A stretch of 63,937 bases of DNA, the filler included, from Folioceros fuciformis (taxonomy: Eukaryota), in assembly GCA_049999805.1 (NCBI GenBank). It is 4 parts of 3 records of this genome, joined end to end, with 100 filler letters (N's around TTAATTAATTAA, not from the genome) between each part and the next. Parts side by side here need not be neighbours in the genome. Positions count along the whole stretch, not along the records: positions 29,285 to 54,526 come from JBNGIO010006328.1; 3 more parts are not named here. The stretch is one strand, 5' to 3'. The position numbers and the translations under genes were made by a program. The notes beneath the pieces are model-generated. The model was not told the DNA's origin. It saw only the letters and a list, made by a program, of their open reading frames with translations, and did not search any database. How positions within the stretch are numbered: the stretch's first letter is position 1; every line of letters starts with the position of its first letter. Shown here one piece after another: positions 36,901 through 48,393 of the stretch.

Positions 36901-39900
36901 AGCCTCTTGAACTGTGTCTAAGCCGGCTCTGCTCCTCCTGATTAGAGTGCAGCTATTACACTGTCCAAGGTGATGGCAGCCGGATTGCCAACTGCTACAA
37001 TCTGACCTGCTACAGCGAGAGGCCCATTCTGAAGTGACACAAATATTTGATATGATGCTGGTAAGCTGAGTAAAAGCTGAGCTATGGCGTCCTCTTTCGT
37101 CATTATCGAGTTCAACTAAGCAAGGCGGGAGCGAAGATGACAGAACTTGCTAGTGTGGGAAGCCACACTCTCACCCTCCCGCATTTTCAAGGTATAGGGC
37201 AACACACTTCGAAAGCATTGTTTTCACAGCATATGTATTCGTAAGCTGATTCCAAAATTCATGTGCTTTTGTCAGAGACTCCACGTTAGGAATCAGGACT
37301 TCATGTGGGGTTAAAATATGGTACCCGGGGGTACCGCGAGGTCCATACAAGCCCTCTATGTCGTTGTAGCTCTGGGATTCGATCCCAAGGGAATGATTTG
37401 TGTTAAACTACACAGGTTAGCTTCTAAAGTCAATTAGCACCTAAAGCTCGACTGACCCACGCACACACGTCCAGTGCTCGGACCTTACCAAGCCCCCTTA
37501 CTTCCCCACCAGACGACCCCTCAACCACCCGGTTGCCCTAGGGGCTACCACCCCCTGGACTACCCTTGGTTGCCCATCGGGCTACCTACGTCGCCTTTCG
37601 GGCGACGGTCTATCGCTCGTGGGTCCCACTCTCTCTCTCTCTCTTAGTTCCCTCTCTCTAGGATTTTCTCTTCCACCGGGTCGTTCCTACCCGACTGATT
37701 ACCTCCTGCCCACGCATCCCCTTTGGCGCTTCTCTTCCTTGGTTCACCATGAACCGGCTCACTCACCTCAGAAACAAGCGCACGCACACATGAACAGCAG
37801 CAATCTGTTAAACGCCTTCCACCCGCGTGATCTCCCACCTTAGATACACCCCCTGCGGTCTCCATTCAGCTTCTTCACAGTCTCTCCAGTCCCATCGCGA
37901 CCAGTCACTCATACACGCCATGTCTCGTTACACCCCACACATTACCCACCTCGCCTCCGGGGTCTCCCCAGCTTTGTTCTCCCTTACCCCACTACTCGGC
38001 CACCCGCTCCTTCTCCTTCTCACACACGCGCACTCTCGCGCTCTCCTTTCTCTGGCTCTTCAGTCTTGTTTCTTAGCGATGCCCCCTCTTGGGCTCCAAT
38101 TAACGTTGAGGAATGGTGAGGAACTGGAGCTAAGGGAAGAGAAGTCCCTTCCACTCCGCACTCGCAGATTCGGCTCCGACACCCACACCACCCCATGTGA
38201 CCACCTCGAGGATAGCTGGGGAGCTTCTCTCCCACTCGGCGAGGCTCCTCGATTCGTCCCCGGACCTGATCACGGAGCGCCCACCACCTACACCCGCACC
38301 CCAGTTTGCTACGTGAGCTCGCTTGCCTGGACCTCCTGTCCAGCAACAGCCATCGCTAGGTCCCTGCAAGGTCGACTGCTCGGCTGGTGCTTGTTGATTT
38401 CTTAGGCCTCCAAACCGGCCTCTTGTACACGGTGATTTCGGTTTTTCCGCCATAAAGTCTGTGAGGCAGGGGAGTTGCGCTCTTAAATTCTGAGCGACTT
38501 ACGTCCAAATAAAGCACGCTAAAAAAAACCTATTCTAGCCTGCATTTACTATCGCCGTTTCCCACGCCGCTGGCGGATTCCTCTTGGCCTTCGCGTGTCA
38601 CCCCTTGCTGTTCCTCCTCTCGCTCTTCTGCCCCTCCGTTGGTCCGGCAGATCCTCCCAGAGGATCTCCACATCACTGCTGCTACTGGACCTGGCTGGCG
38701 GCTCAGGTGGGTCCCGTCGCTGTGGTCCACCACCCCTCCTTCTTCTCTGGTTGCTAAGGACAGCCACACGCCCCCGTTCTACCCAGCGCTGGGCCTCCTC
38801 TTCAGTCAGTTCCTCCAGAACTGCCTCTGCATAGCAGTGGGGCAGTCCTGTCACCCACCATTTGTAGTGGTAGAGTCCCAGGCACGTCCTCAGCTGTAGG
38901 ACGTAGCCCCGCGTCCCTCCTGTGCCCATACGTACATACAGAAACAGCTTCAGAACTCTGGCCCCTTCTACATACAGGCTTGCCACATAGGAGGCCTCCT
39001 CCTCATACTGCAGCACAATCCGACCTTTTGTCATAACAGAGGTGCTTACCCCGTCCTCCCTTGGGCTACCTCGGGTTGCCTGCTCCCCCTCCTGCTGGGG
39101 TACCTGAAGGTTCTCTGCCTGCCCAGCTGTTGCCTCCTCCGGCTCTATCCTCCTGGTACGGGTCACCCTCCTGGAGCGCCTAGGGGCAGGCGCCCTTACT
39201 GCTTCCTCCTTCGTTTTCAGGGCTGGTTCTTCAGCTATCCTGGGCCTTGCTGGGCCACCGGTAGCCCCGTCGACTACCCGACTACCGGTAGTCCCCTCAA
39301 CTACCGTTCCCCTGGTTCGGCTACCGGTAGCCCCTTCTGCTACTGGGGTCATCGACTGACTCGGGCGACCAGCCTTGCTCTTCTCCTTCACTCTCTCTCT
39401 GGCCTCATCCCGCTCCCACTTGTATCTGTCAGCCAACTTCTGAGCCTGCTCCACAACGGCTATCTCCAACTCCTGTGCCCTGGCCATTTCCTGTTGCATC
39501 TTTAGGTTAGTCTCGTGAGCCTCCCTCACCTGAGCTAGCAGGGTCCCCTGTTGCTCTTTCAGCGCCTGCACTTTAGCCCTCGCCTCGCACGCCTCTTCCT
39601 CAGCTTGAGCCTTCTCCCTATCTAGGACCCGCTACTTCTCCTCCAGCAGTTGCCGCGCCATCTCCGACTCCGCTAGTTGCCTCCTTGCTTCAGCCTCTCG
39701 CTCACGAGCCTTCTCCTCCTTTCCCCAAACCTCGGCCTCTCGCTCCACTTGTACACTTAACAAGGTTAGGGCCCTAGCAACCTAATCCAGGAGGTCTGCT
39801 TGGGCCTGCACCATCGCAGCAATCAGCTCGGGTAGGTCCACTTCCTGCACCCCAAAGCCCAAGAGGGACTTTGGGCATAAACGCCCTGGTCTTATTTACC

Positions 39901-40440
39901 TACAAAGCCGATTCGCCTGTCCCTTCATGAAAAAAATCACAGCCTACTCATTTCGTCGCTCAAAATGGGGGTTCTAAAAGTTTTTTTCGTTCACACTTCA
40001 TCAAGTCCGTTGATTAGGAGAGCCACAGCCATGCTATTAAGCGTGTTCCAAGCATCAACATCAGCTTGGGTGATTAGAGTCCCTGTTGTTGCAGCGCCGG
40101 CAGCTGGGAGAACAAGCTCAGGATAAGTACCATCTACCACTGACCAGACACCTCGTGCACACAAGGTTGTTGTCATGCATACTCGCCATAGTTCAAACTT
40201 AGTTTTATTAAACCTGTCCTTGTCCTTAACTTCTGTTGTGTAAGTTGGAATTGACATCATGACAGGTGGTATTGGAAGTAGGTTATGAGGTACAGGAGGT
40301 ACAAGTGGTGGAATCGGAGGGGGATTAGGAGATGGAGTAGAAGGTCTCGGTGGACTAGCGGGGGGGGCTAGGATGAGGTGTCAAGAAACCTTGACCTCTT
40401 CTACGGATGATGTAGGGGGACAATGGAAAATTAAGGAGGT
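33905..40440 (-). mobile_element. Decayed Ty1/copia element 1 (gag-PR-IN-RT, 3'-truncated), with gag split by a nested insertion
   Basis: Gag KDKDRF...WSVVDGTY; zinc-knuckle remnant; protease WYLDSGATTHI; integrase IRSDNGTEF, PQQNNVAER; RT KWVFKTK, QMDVCTAFLHG, LYGLKQS, VYVED. Many stops; no RNase H or LTRs recognised; ends approximate. Confidence 0.88.
37304..39995. mobile_element. 2692-bp solo-LTR-like insertion (TGTG...CACA) with 5-bp TSD CTTCA, containing a long minus-strand ORF (38549-39571)
   Basis: CTTCA at 37299-37303 and 39996-40000; removing the insert restores gag ...INGLDEVLIPNVES... Confidence 0.85.
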
Positions 40441-40749
40441 GATCCCTATCTGACATGTAAAGGGGAGACCTCCTACCAGGAAGGTATGCAGTTATTTATA
40501 AACAGAGCTCATTTTAGGGTTTCATGTTTGTTTCAGCAGAAAACTAACTTGCTGACTTTCTTCCTACGGTAGAGAAATTCAAAAAACGGTTATTAACCGC
40601 TTGTACTGGGACAACAAAAGCTATATGGGCAGAGGTATCAAGAGAAACAACACTATCCATGGAAATTTCTCCATCTAAAGATCCCTAGGCACGAACTTGG
40701 TAAGTTAAGTCAATCTTTTAATACATTTTAAAAAAAATTTGAGAAAATC

Positions 40750-40916
40750 ATGTTATCGAGATTAAATCATGAGTTATTGAGATTATGTCAAATTAAAGGC
40801 TATCGAGATTATATCATAAAACTTAAAACTTAAAGGCTANNNNNNNNNNTTAAAGGCTATCGAGATTATATCATAAAACTTAAAACTTAAAGGCTATCGA
40901 GATTATATCATAAAAC
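40750..40916. repeat. 37-bp tandem repeat and degenerate tatcgagatta motifs across a 10-N gap
   Basis: taaaggctatcgagattatatcataaaacttaaaact repeated; possibly subterminal repeats of the downstream pogo element. Confidence 0.75.
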
Positions 40917-40984
40917 ATAGACAGTCATCGAGAGTGGGCCTATATATATATATGTAGTAGTTCTATACACTATGCTTTGTGATC

Positions 40985-43900
40985 TATTAAATAATGGGTT
41001 TATTATTTAAAGGGTCCATTCCTAACTTATTAATTAAATTAGGGTTAGAGGTCAAGTTGAAACGTTGTTTTAAGTTTTTTTTTAGGGTTATGAATGGTTA
41101 CGACCCTTCACACACTTTCTTGTACCTTGCCAACCCCTTTTTTTAATAATCATTCTCTTATGTGCTAATTGCTATGGCTTCTACCTATGCAAACTAATGA
41201 ACCATTCTTGTTTATGGTATCAGAGCAGGAATTGTTTCCATGCTTGGTGTGACGTATAATTGACCCTCTAACATCCAAATTTCATGGATATACAACAGGG
41301 CCAAATTAAAGACGTCCACCACTTGCAATTATACATAAAATGTGTATCGGTCCTTTATAATCGCTAACTATTTTGCTATTCTAACCCCACAGACCTCCAA
41401 ATCATGAAGAGGCGCTCTTTCTCCAATCACTTGTGATCTCTCCAGTGACTGCACACAAGGAAACCTACCATAAATCAGTAAATGATGCTTAAATTTAATA
41501 AATTGTGCCCTTAAGTTCAGCAATTATGCTTATTAACTAACCCAGTAGTGGAAATGACAAGGAAACATCATAAGTCACAATCTTGTAGATGCCATTCACC
41601 TCAGACATCATAAGTCATAATCTTGTAGATGCCATTCACCTCAGACATCTACATGTGTCATTAGATGTTGTAATTGTCATCCTATAGCTTGTCATTTTCC
41701 ACAATCCAGATCATACCTAAATACAAATAATATAGGTAAGTCAGATACTAGAAAATATAGCAAGTTAATCTAGAATCACCTCACACCTGCACTATACAAA
41801 ATTAAGTTACTACAGAAGGAAATTCTTGAATTGAAGCGCAAAACAAAATATGATACAAATATGCTACTTTGGCAATTTGGTCAATTAGCATGTAAGCAAA
41901 CCTGGCTAGAAAACAAATTTGATCTGGTAGATACAAAAACACATATTTTGCAACCTACAGCCAAGCCAGTTTACTCACGTTGTGATCCAGTAGTTTCCTC
42001 CATACCTAGTAACAGTCCATATCAACCTCAACCTGAACCGGTAGGTTTGACCACTAGTAAAATGTCACAATTGCTAGAGCCAACTGACATAATACTTAGC
42101 AGCATTGCTAACCCTTTTAAACTGAATATAACCACCCTGTAGGATACCTACACAAGACAGGTCGACTAATCCTCGGCTTAGCACCCACTTCAAGGTAGGG
42201 ATCAACCTTTTTTTAAGCACCACAATATGGGTACTAATCCACCCATAATAACACAAGTACATACTACAAAAGTTGAAATCAAAGATAGGGACAGATTTAA
42301 AGCAATCTGGCGAATGCGAATGGAATCAATATTCGAGGAACATGACCTGATGGATATTGTCTCTAGAGCTCTAGCTCAGCTGACAGTTCCCACTCCAGCA
42401 CCTGCAGTAGGATCTTCATCAGCCCTTGTCATTACAGCATGGCACAAGAAGGATAAACGGGCTCGGAGCATCCTCTTATCAGCACTTGATAAGAACATGA
42501 TACATCACACCCAAGGCCAGCATACTGCTGCAGCCGTTTGGCGTGTATTCCTTGACATGTTTGCTGCCAAGGACCCAATGTCCTTGGTCAACTCTACACG
42601 CCTCTTTTATACCCTACGTATGAAAGAGTCTGATACTGTGGAACATTATGTTAACAAGTTCCGCACCCTCCGTGCTAAATTATCCTCTGCAGGACATGAC
42701 ATTACAGAATCAGCAGCTGCAACCACACTGTTGACTTCATTACCAGGCAGCTACCGGAGTTTCGTAAGCACACAAGCTGCATTGATGAGGAAATCATCAA
42801 ATTATACCTTATCTGAGCTCATAGGGGCTCTACTTGAAGAAGAATCCAGTAGGGTGAATATGGGACGGATCTCTAATCACCCACAACAACATGTGATATA
42901 TACCTCCAGAGGCAGAGGCCGTGGAGGATACAAACCTTTTTCTAATCCACGACGTCCATATTCAGGACCAGGCAATACCTCAACTACACCACGTAGGGTG
43001 AAAGGCCCCTGTAATTGGTGTTGAATTCCGGGTAATTTTGAGAATGAGTGCCGGAAGAAATAGGCAAGGGAACCTAGACGCCTTGCGGATACGAATGTGG
43101 CTGTTAGACAATGTAACAGCAGCTCAAAAGCACCAGCCATATTAGCTGTTTGCCTCTCACTAACCAGGGCGGATAAACATATGTGGTTTCTAGATTCTGG
43201 GGCAACTAATCATATTTGTCAGTCCCGTGACATGTTTATAACTTATATTACAACAACTACCAGTCAATTCGTCCTCCTAGGAGATGATAGTGGACTGGCT
43301 ATGCATGGGAAAGGAGACATTAAATTGCAGCCTAACCATGGTCACCAGATCATTTTGAAGGATGTCCTGCATGTCCCAAAGATGACCAAAAATTTACTTT
43401 CAGTTCATAAGCTAATTTCAGATCATAGCTTACAAATTACCTTTACACCTACGTCGTGTTTTGTCACTCCTGTCGATGATTGCCAGATAGTCTCAGCTTC
43501 AGGAGTACCTTATCATGACCCGTACAGCCTGCAAATTACAGCAACAAAGCAAGCTTTAGTCTCAGATGCTAAACCTGGAGTAAGTCCAACTTTTCTTTGG
43601 CACAACAGATTATGCCACCCTAGCCATGGATATTTACAGCAAGTCCTACGAGATGTAGACTTATATAAGGATGGACTTACCTTTGAAGCTGATGATGACT
43701 TGTTTTGTGAGAGCTACCAATTTGGGAAGCTTTCTCAAAAACCTTATAATGATCCATCTCCTACTAGGGCTAGACAATTACTGGAAGTAGTCCATTTAGA
43801 CATATGTGGACCAATGTCCACTCAGTCTTTTGGTGGATCAATATATTTTCTATCTTTCCTGGATGAGTGGAGTCATTACTGCCAGCTATATTTTTTACAT

Positions 43901-46457
43901 AGCCGTAGTGAGAACTTTACCAAGTTTGTTGAATATGCAGCAATGGCAAAAGCTCAAACAGGGCATGTAATTAAAAGGCTGCGCAGTGACAACGGCAAGG
44001 AGTACCTTAGCGCTGAGTTCACAAATTTCTGCAAGCAAAAAGGGATTATACATCATCTAACTGTCACTTATCCACCACAAAACCCATTTGCAGAAAGATA
44101 TAACAGAACAATTTAGGAAAGAACAAGGGCAACACTTACAGCAGCTGGACTTACAAGGGGATATTTGGCTCAAGCAGTGGATACAGTCAATTATGTGGCT
44201 AACAGATTGCCTCTGAAACCACTGTATGATACCACTTCCTATCAAAGGTGGAAAGGCAATAAGCCGAGGATTAGTCATCTAAGAACCTTTGGTGCATCAG
44301 CATATGCATTTGTACCAGAGGACAAAAGAAGAAAAATGGACAACAAGGCAACAAAGCATATTTTTGTAGGATACTCAGACATTGTGAAGGGATATAAACT
44401 TTCAGCCCCGTCGTCAAACCAACATCCATGCGTATCTTGTTGTGTTATGCTATTCAGAATCATTTGCTAGTCCACCAAATGGACGTTAAGATGGCTTTCT
44501 TGAATGGTCCACTGGATGCAGTTATTTATATGCAGCAGCCCGAAGGGTACATATTGGACCCCTCACTAGTCTGCGAACTGCTCAAATCCATATATGGGCT
44601 CAAACAATCTGCCCGCATATGGAATGGCAGGGCTGCAACAAAACTCAAGGCATTAGGTTTCGAACAACTAACTGCAGATACGAGTGTTTTCATTCTGCGC
44701 AAAGATAATGAGCTGTGCATCATTGCCCTCTATGTTGATGACAATTTTATTTTTGCTATCAGCCAGGAAGTTCTGACTAGGATCAAGAAGCACTTATCTG
44801 ATGAATGGGACATGACTGATGTAGGCCCTCTTCGTTTCGCACTTGGGATACAGTTTAATTTCAATCATGTAGGCTCCTCAGTCACTCTACACCAGGAACA
44901 CTTCATTAGGCAGATCCTTACAAAGTTCAAGCTAGAGGACATCAATCCAGTAGTAACTCCTATAGCTGCAGGTGAGAAATTATCTTTAGAGGATTGTCCA
45001 ATCACAGCAGAAGATAAACATGAAATGTCCATTTTACCTTATCGCGAGGTAGTTGGCAGTCTTCTTTACTTGGCTGGATGGACACGACCTGATATATCAC
45101 AAGCCACTGGGATTGTGTCAAGATATCTTTCAAATCCAAGAAAACGTCACTGGACAGCAGTGAAAAGAATTCTACGCTATTTAAAAGGCACTTGGTATTT
45201 ATCTTTGAGGTACACCAAGGCCACAGACCTCACTCTAACCTGCTACTCGGATGCTGATTGGGCAGGGGACATAGGTGGAAGAAAATCAATTGCAGCCTAC
45301 TGCACCTTACTTTGTGGATTTGCTGTGAGTTAGCAAAGTAAGAAACTCTCAACTATCAGCCTTTCCTCAACAAAGGCTGAATACAGTGCCCTGTCACTTG
45401 CAGCAAGAGAGATCAGCTGGTTGAGACAGTTTCTTACTGATATTCACATCCAACAACACACTCCTACCACACTGCAATGTGATAATCAATCGGCTATAGC
45501 TCTATCAGCTAACCCTATCTTGCATGCTCGGTCTAAACATATCGAAATACAGTTCCATTATATACGCTAGGTTGTAGAGCAAAAGGTAATCAAGCTTATT
45601 TATGTACCTACTGCCTAGAACGTGGCCGGTCTTCTAACAAAAGGCCTCTCTAAAGCACTACACGAACAACACAGACTATCAATGGGTTTGGTTCAGAATG
45701 TTGTTCAGTTGAAGAAAAGCAATGATGTAGCTCAAGCCTTGCTAGCACGCTATTCTCATGTCACCTGCAGACAAAGGGAATAGCATCAGGAGTTTAAATG
45801 GACATTAGAATTACACGGAGCCAGCTATTAGCAGCGTGGCCAGCATAAGTTCAGCACAAGACGTAGCAGCAACACCCTGGATGAAGCCCTTACTCCAGAT
45901 CAAATCAGTGTGCAGTTGCAGCAAATCCTTTTCCCTCTCCACCAGCCAGCGGCATCAAGCAAGTTGTTTTTGGACGCGGAGTAGCTCCATGTCTGTAATG
46001 GACAGATCCATGTGGGTCTTCTGGTGCCGTTCCCCTTTCACAGCAGCGTGTGCTGCAATCCACTATCTCGCGCTCATAAGAGATTTGCGCATGCGGCCAT
46101 CTGCAAGGAAATGAGGCTACACGGCCTCACTCCGTGAACAGGCAACGCACGTTTTTCCTTTTTAGGGCTACTTAGTATTTAATTTAATTATCTAAATTAG
46201 GCCTGAGAGGGGGTATTAAATAATGGGTTTACTATTTAAAGGGTCCATTCCTAACTTATTAATTAAATTAGGGTTAGAGGTCAAGTTGAAACGTTGGTTT
46301 AAGTTTTTTTTAGGGTTACGAATGGTTATGACCCTTCACACACTTTCTTGTACCTTGCGAACCCCTTTTTTTAATAATCATTCTCTTATGTGCTGATTGC
46401 TATGGCTTCTACCTATGCAAACTAATGAACCACAAACTAATGAGCCATTCTTGTTTA
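40985..46457 (+). mobile_element. Ty1/copia element 2, both LTRs present, non-autonomous; LTRs 40985-41214 and 46214-46457; TSD TGATC
   Basis: Near-identical LTRs; PBS tggtatcagagc (tRNA-iMet) at 41215; PPT tgagaggggg before 46214; TGATC at 40980-40984 and 46458-46462; gag, FLDSGAT, LRSDNGKEY, LYVDD, YSDADWAG; stops and an internal IN-RT deletion near 44400. Confidence 0.95.
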
Positions 46458-46586
46458 TGATCAGAAGCATTGTTCCTAGTACATAAGTTGTTTCATTATA
46501 CAAGTTGTGTTATGGTGTTGTAAGTTGTCTTGCTGTGAGATATTTTGTATGTGTTTCTTACCCATTCTCTTTAACATGTAGGAACA

Positions 46587-48393
46587 ATGCTGCGCAAGCT
46601 ACCGCGCAAGCATGCTACCCTAACAAAGCAACAAAAGAAAGAGGTTTGCGAATATTATGTCCAACACTCTTGCACACTTAAGGAGTTGACTAGATGGACA
46701 ACAAAGAAGTTTTCAGTAGCAGCTTCTAAAAGTGCATTGTCTAGGATTGTAAATGACAAAGACAAATGGTTGGACCCTGCCATTGGTCCAATAACTATTA
46801 TGGCAGGAATGAGGGATAGACCAGTCGTATGCCCACAGGTTGACCATGCAGTACACATTTGGGCTCTTGCAATCCATGAGGGATAGACCAGTCATATGCC
46901 CACACGTTGACCACGCATTACACATTTGGGCTCTTGCAATCCATGAGGGATAGACCAGTCATATGCCCACAGGTTGACCACGCATTACACATTTGGGCTC
47001 TTGCAATCCATGAGGGATAGACCAGTCATATGCCCACAGGTTGACCACGCAGTACACATTTGGGCTCTTGCAATCNNNNNNNNNNNNNNNNNNNNNNNNN
47101 NNNNNNNNNNNNNNNNNNNNNNNNNNNNNNNNNNNNNNNNNNNNNNNNNNNNNNNNNNNNNNNNNNNNNNNNNNNTGCCCACAGGTTGACCACGCAGTAC
47201 ACATTTGGGCTCTTGCAATCCAAGCTCAAGGTGCCACAATTTCAAATGACTTGCTTTGTGAGATGGCTTCCAAATTCCACGAGAGAATTTCTGAAGATGA
47301 GATACCAAAAATGACATACCATAGAGGTTGGGTTGCTCGCTGGAAGAAAAGGTATAATTTTAAATCAGTTGTTAGACATGGAGAGGCAAGGAGTGTTGAC
47401 AATACAGAAGCAGTGAAGGCAGCTATTAGAGAGCTGCAACTTCAAGTTCTTGATTATGGAGCTGCAAATGTTTTTAATATGGATGAGACTGGTCTTTTCT
47501 TCAGATCATCGCCGAACAGGATACTTGCAACAATGCGTGTTGCAGGACGGAAGTAGTTTAAGGACCGGTTGACAATTGGACTGACAACAAATGTTGATGG
47601 ATCTTGCAAGTTGCCACCTTTTGTGATTGACAGATATCTTAGGCCTCATGTTTTTTCCGTCAGGAATGTTCAAAATTCCGAGAATTTGAATATTATGTAG
47701 TCTGCAAACCAAAAGGCATGGATGACAATAGAGCTGTTTGAGAGGTTTTTGCTAGATTTTGACCAGAGGATGGTTGCATCAGGGCGGACTAGAGTGCTAC
47801 TTATAGTGGATACTTGTCCTGGGCATCGATTTGGTAATGCAGCTCAATTGCAAGTTACAAAGGTGGTTTTCTTTCCACCCAATGTGACAAGCATATATCA
47901 ACCTTTGGACCAGGGGATCATCCGTTCTTTCAAGGCTCAACATTGCAAGTTGATGATTTCGTACCAATGCAACCAAATCATAGACAATGCGGCTACAACT
48001 ATCAATGTATATCAAGCAATGGTTATGCTGGTAAAAGCTTGGACTTCATTTGTGAGTCCTCATACCATACACAATTGTTGGAGGCATAGCACTTTGGATG
48101 CGGAATTGCGTGCACAAGATGTTCGGTTCCGTGAGTCTTTGGATCTAAACAGCGCACCGCATGATCCATTGTCGGATCCTCAAAATCACTCTAATTCGTT
48201 GGAAACGCAGGTAGAAGAGCTACAACAGTCCATGCGAAGCTGAGCATTATTAACATATGAGGATATAATAGGAATTGCTGATGTTGGATATCCAACGATG
48301 ACAGTTGAAGAGTATCTGAACTTTGAGGAGGATGAAGGATTGGAGACTACGTATATTCCTACAGAGGACGAAATATGGCAAGCATTGATCCCG
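46587..48393 (+). mobile_element. Decayed pogo/Tigger-like transposase (CENP-B HTH plus DDE_1)
   Basis: LTKQQKKEVC...SALSRIV; GWVARWKKRY...HGEA; VFNMDETGLFF; AWMT; LIVDTCPGH; YQPLDQGIIRSFK; IHNCWRHS. Stops present; 3' end truncated. Confidence 0.9.
46809..47220. repeat. 67-bp tandem expansion inside the transposase HTH region, at least 5 copies, spanning a gap
   Basis: atgagggatagaccagtc...gggctcttgcaatcc at 46809, 46876, 46943, 47010, plus a partial copy after the gap. Confidence 0.92.
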
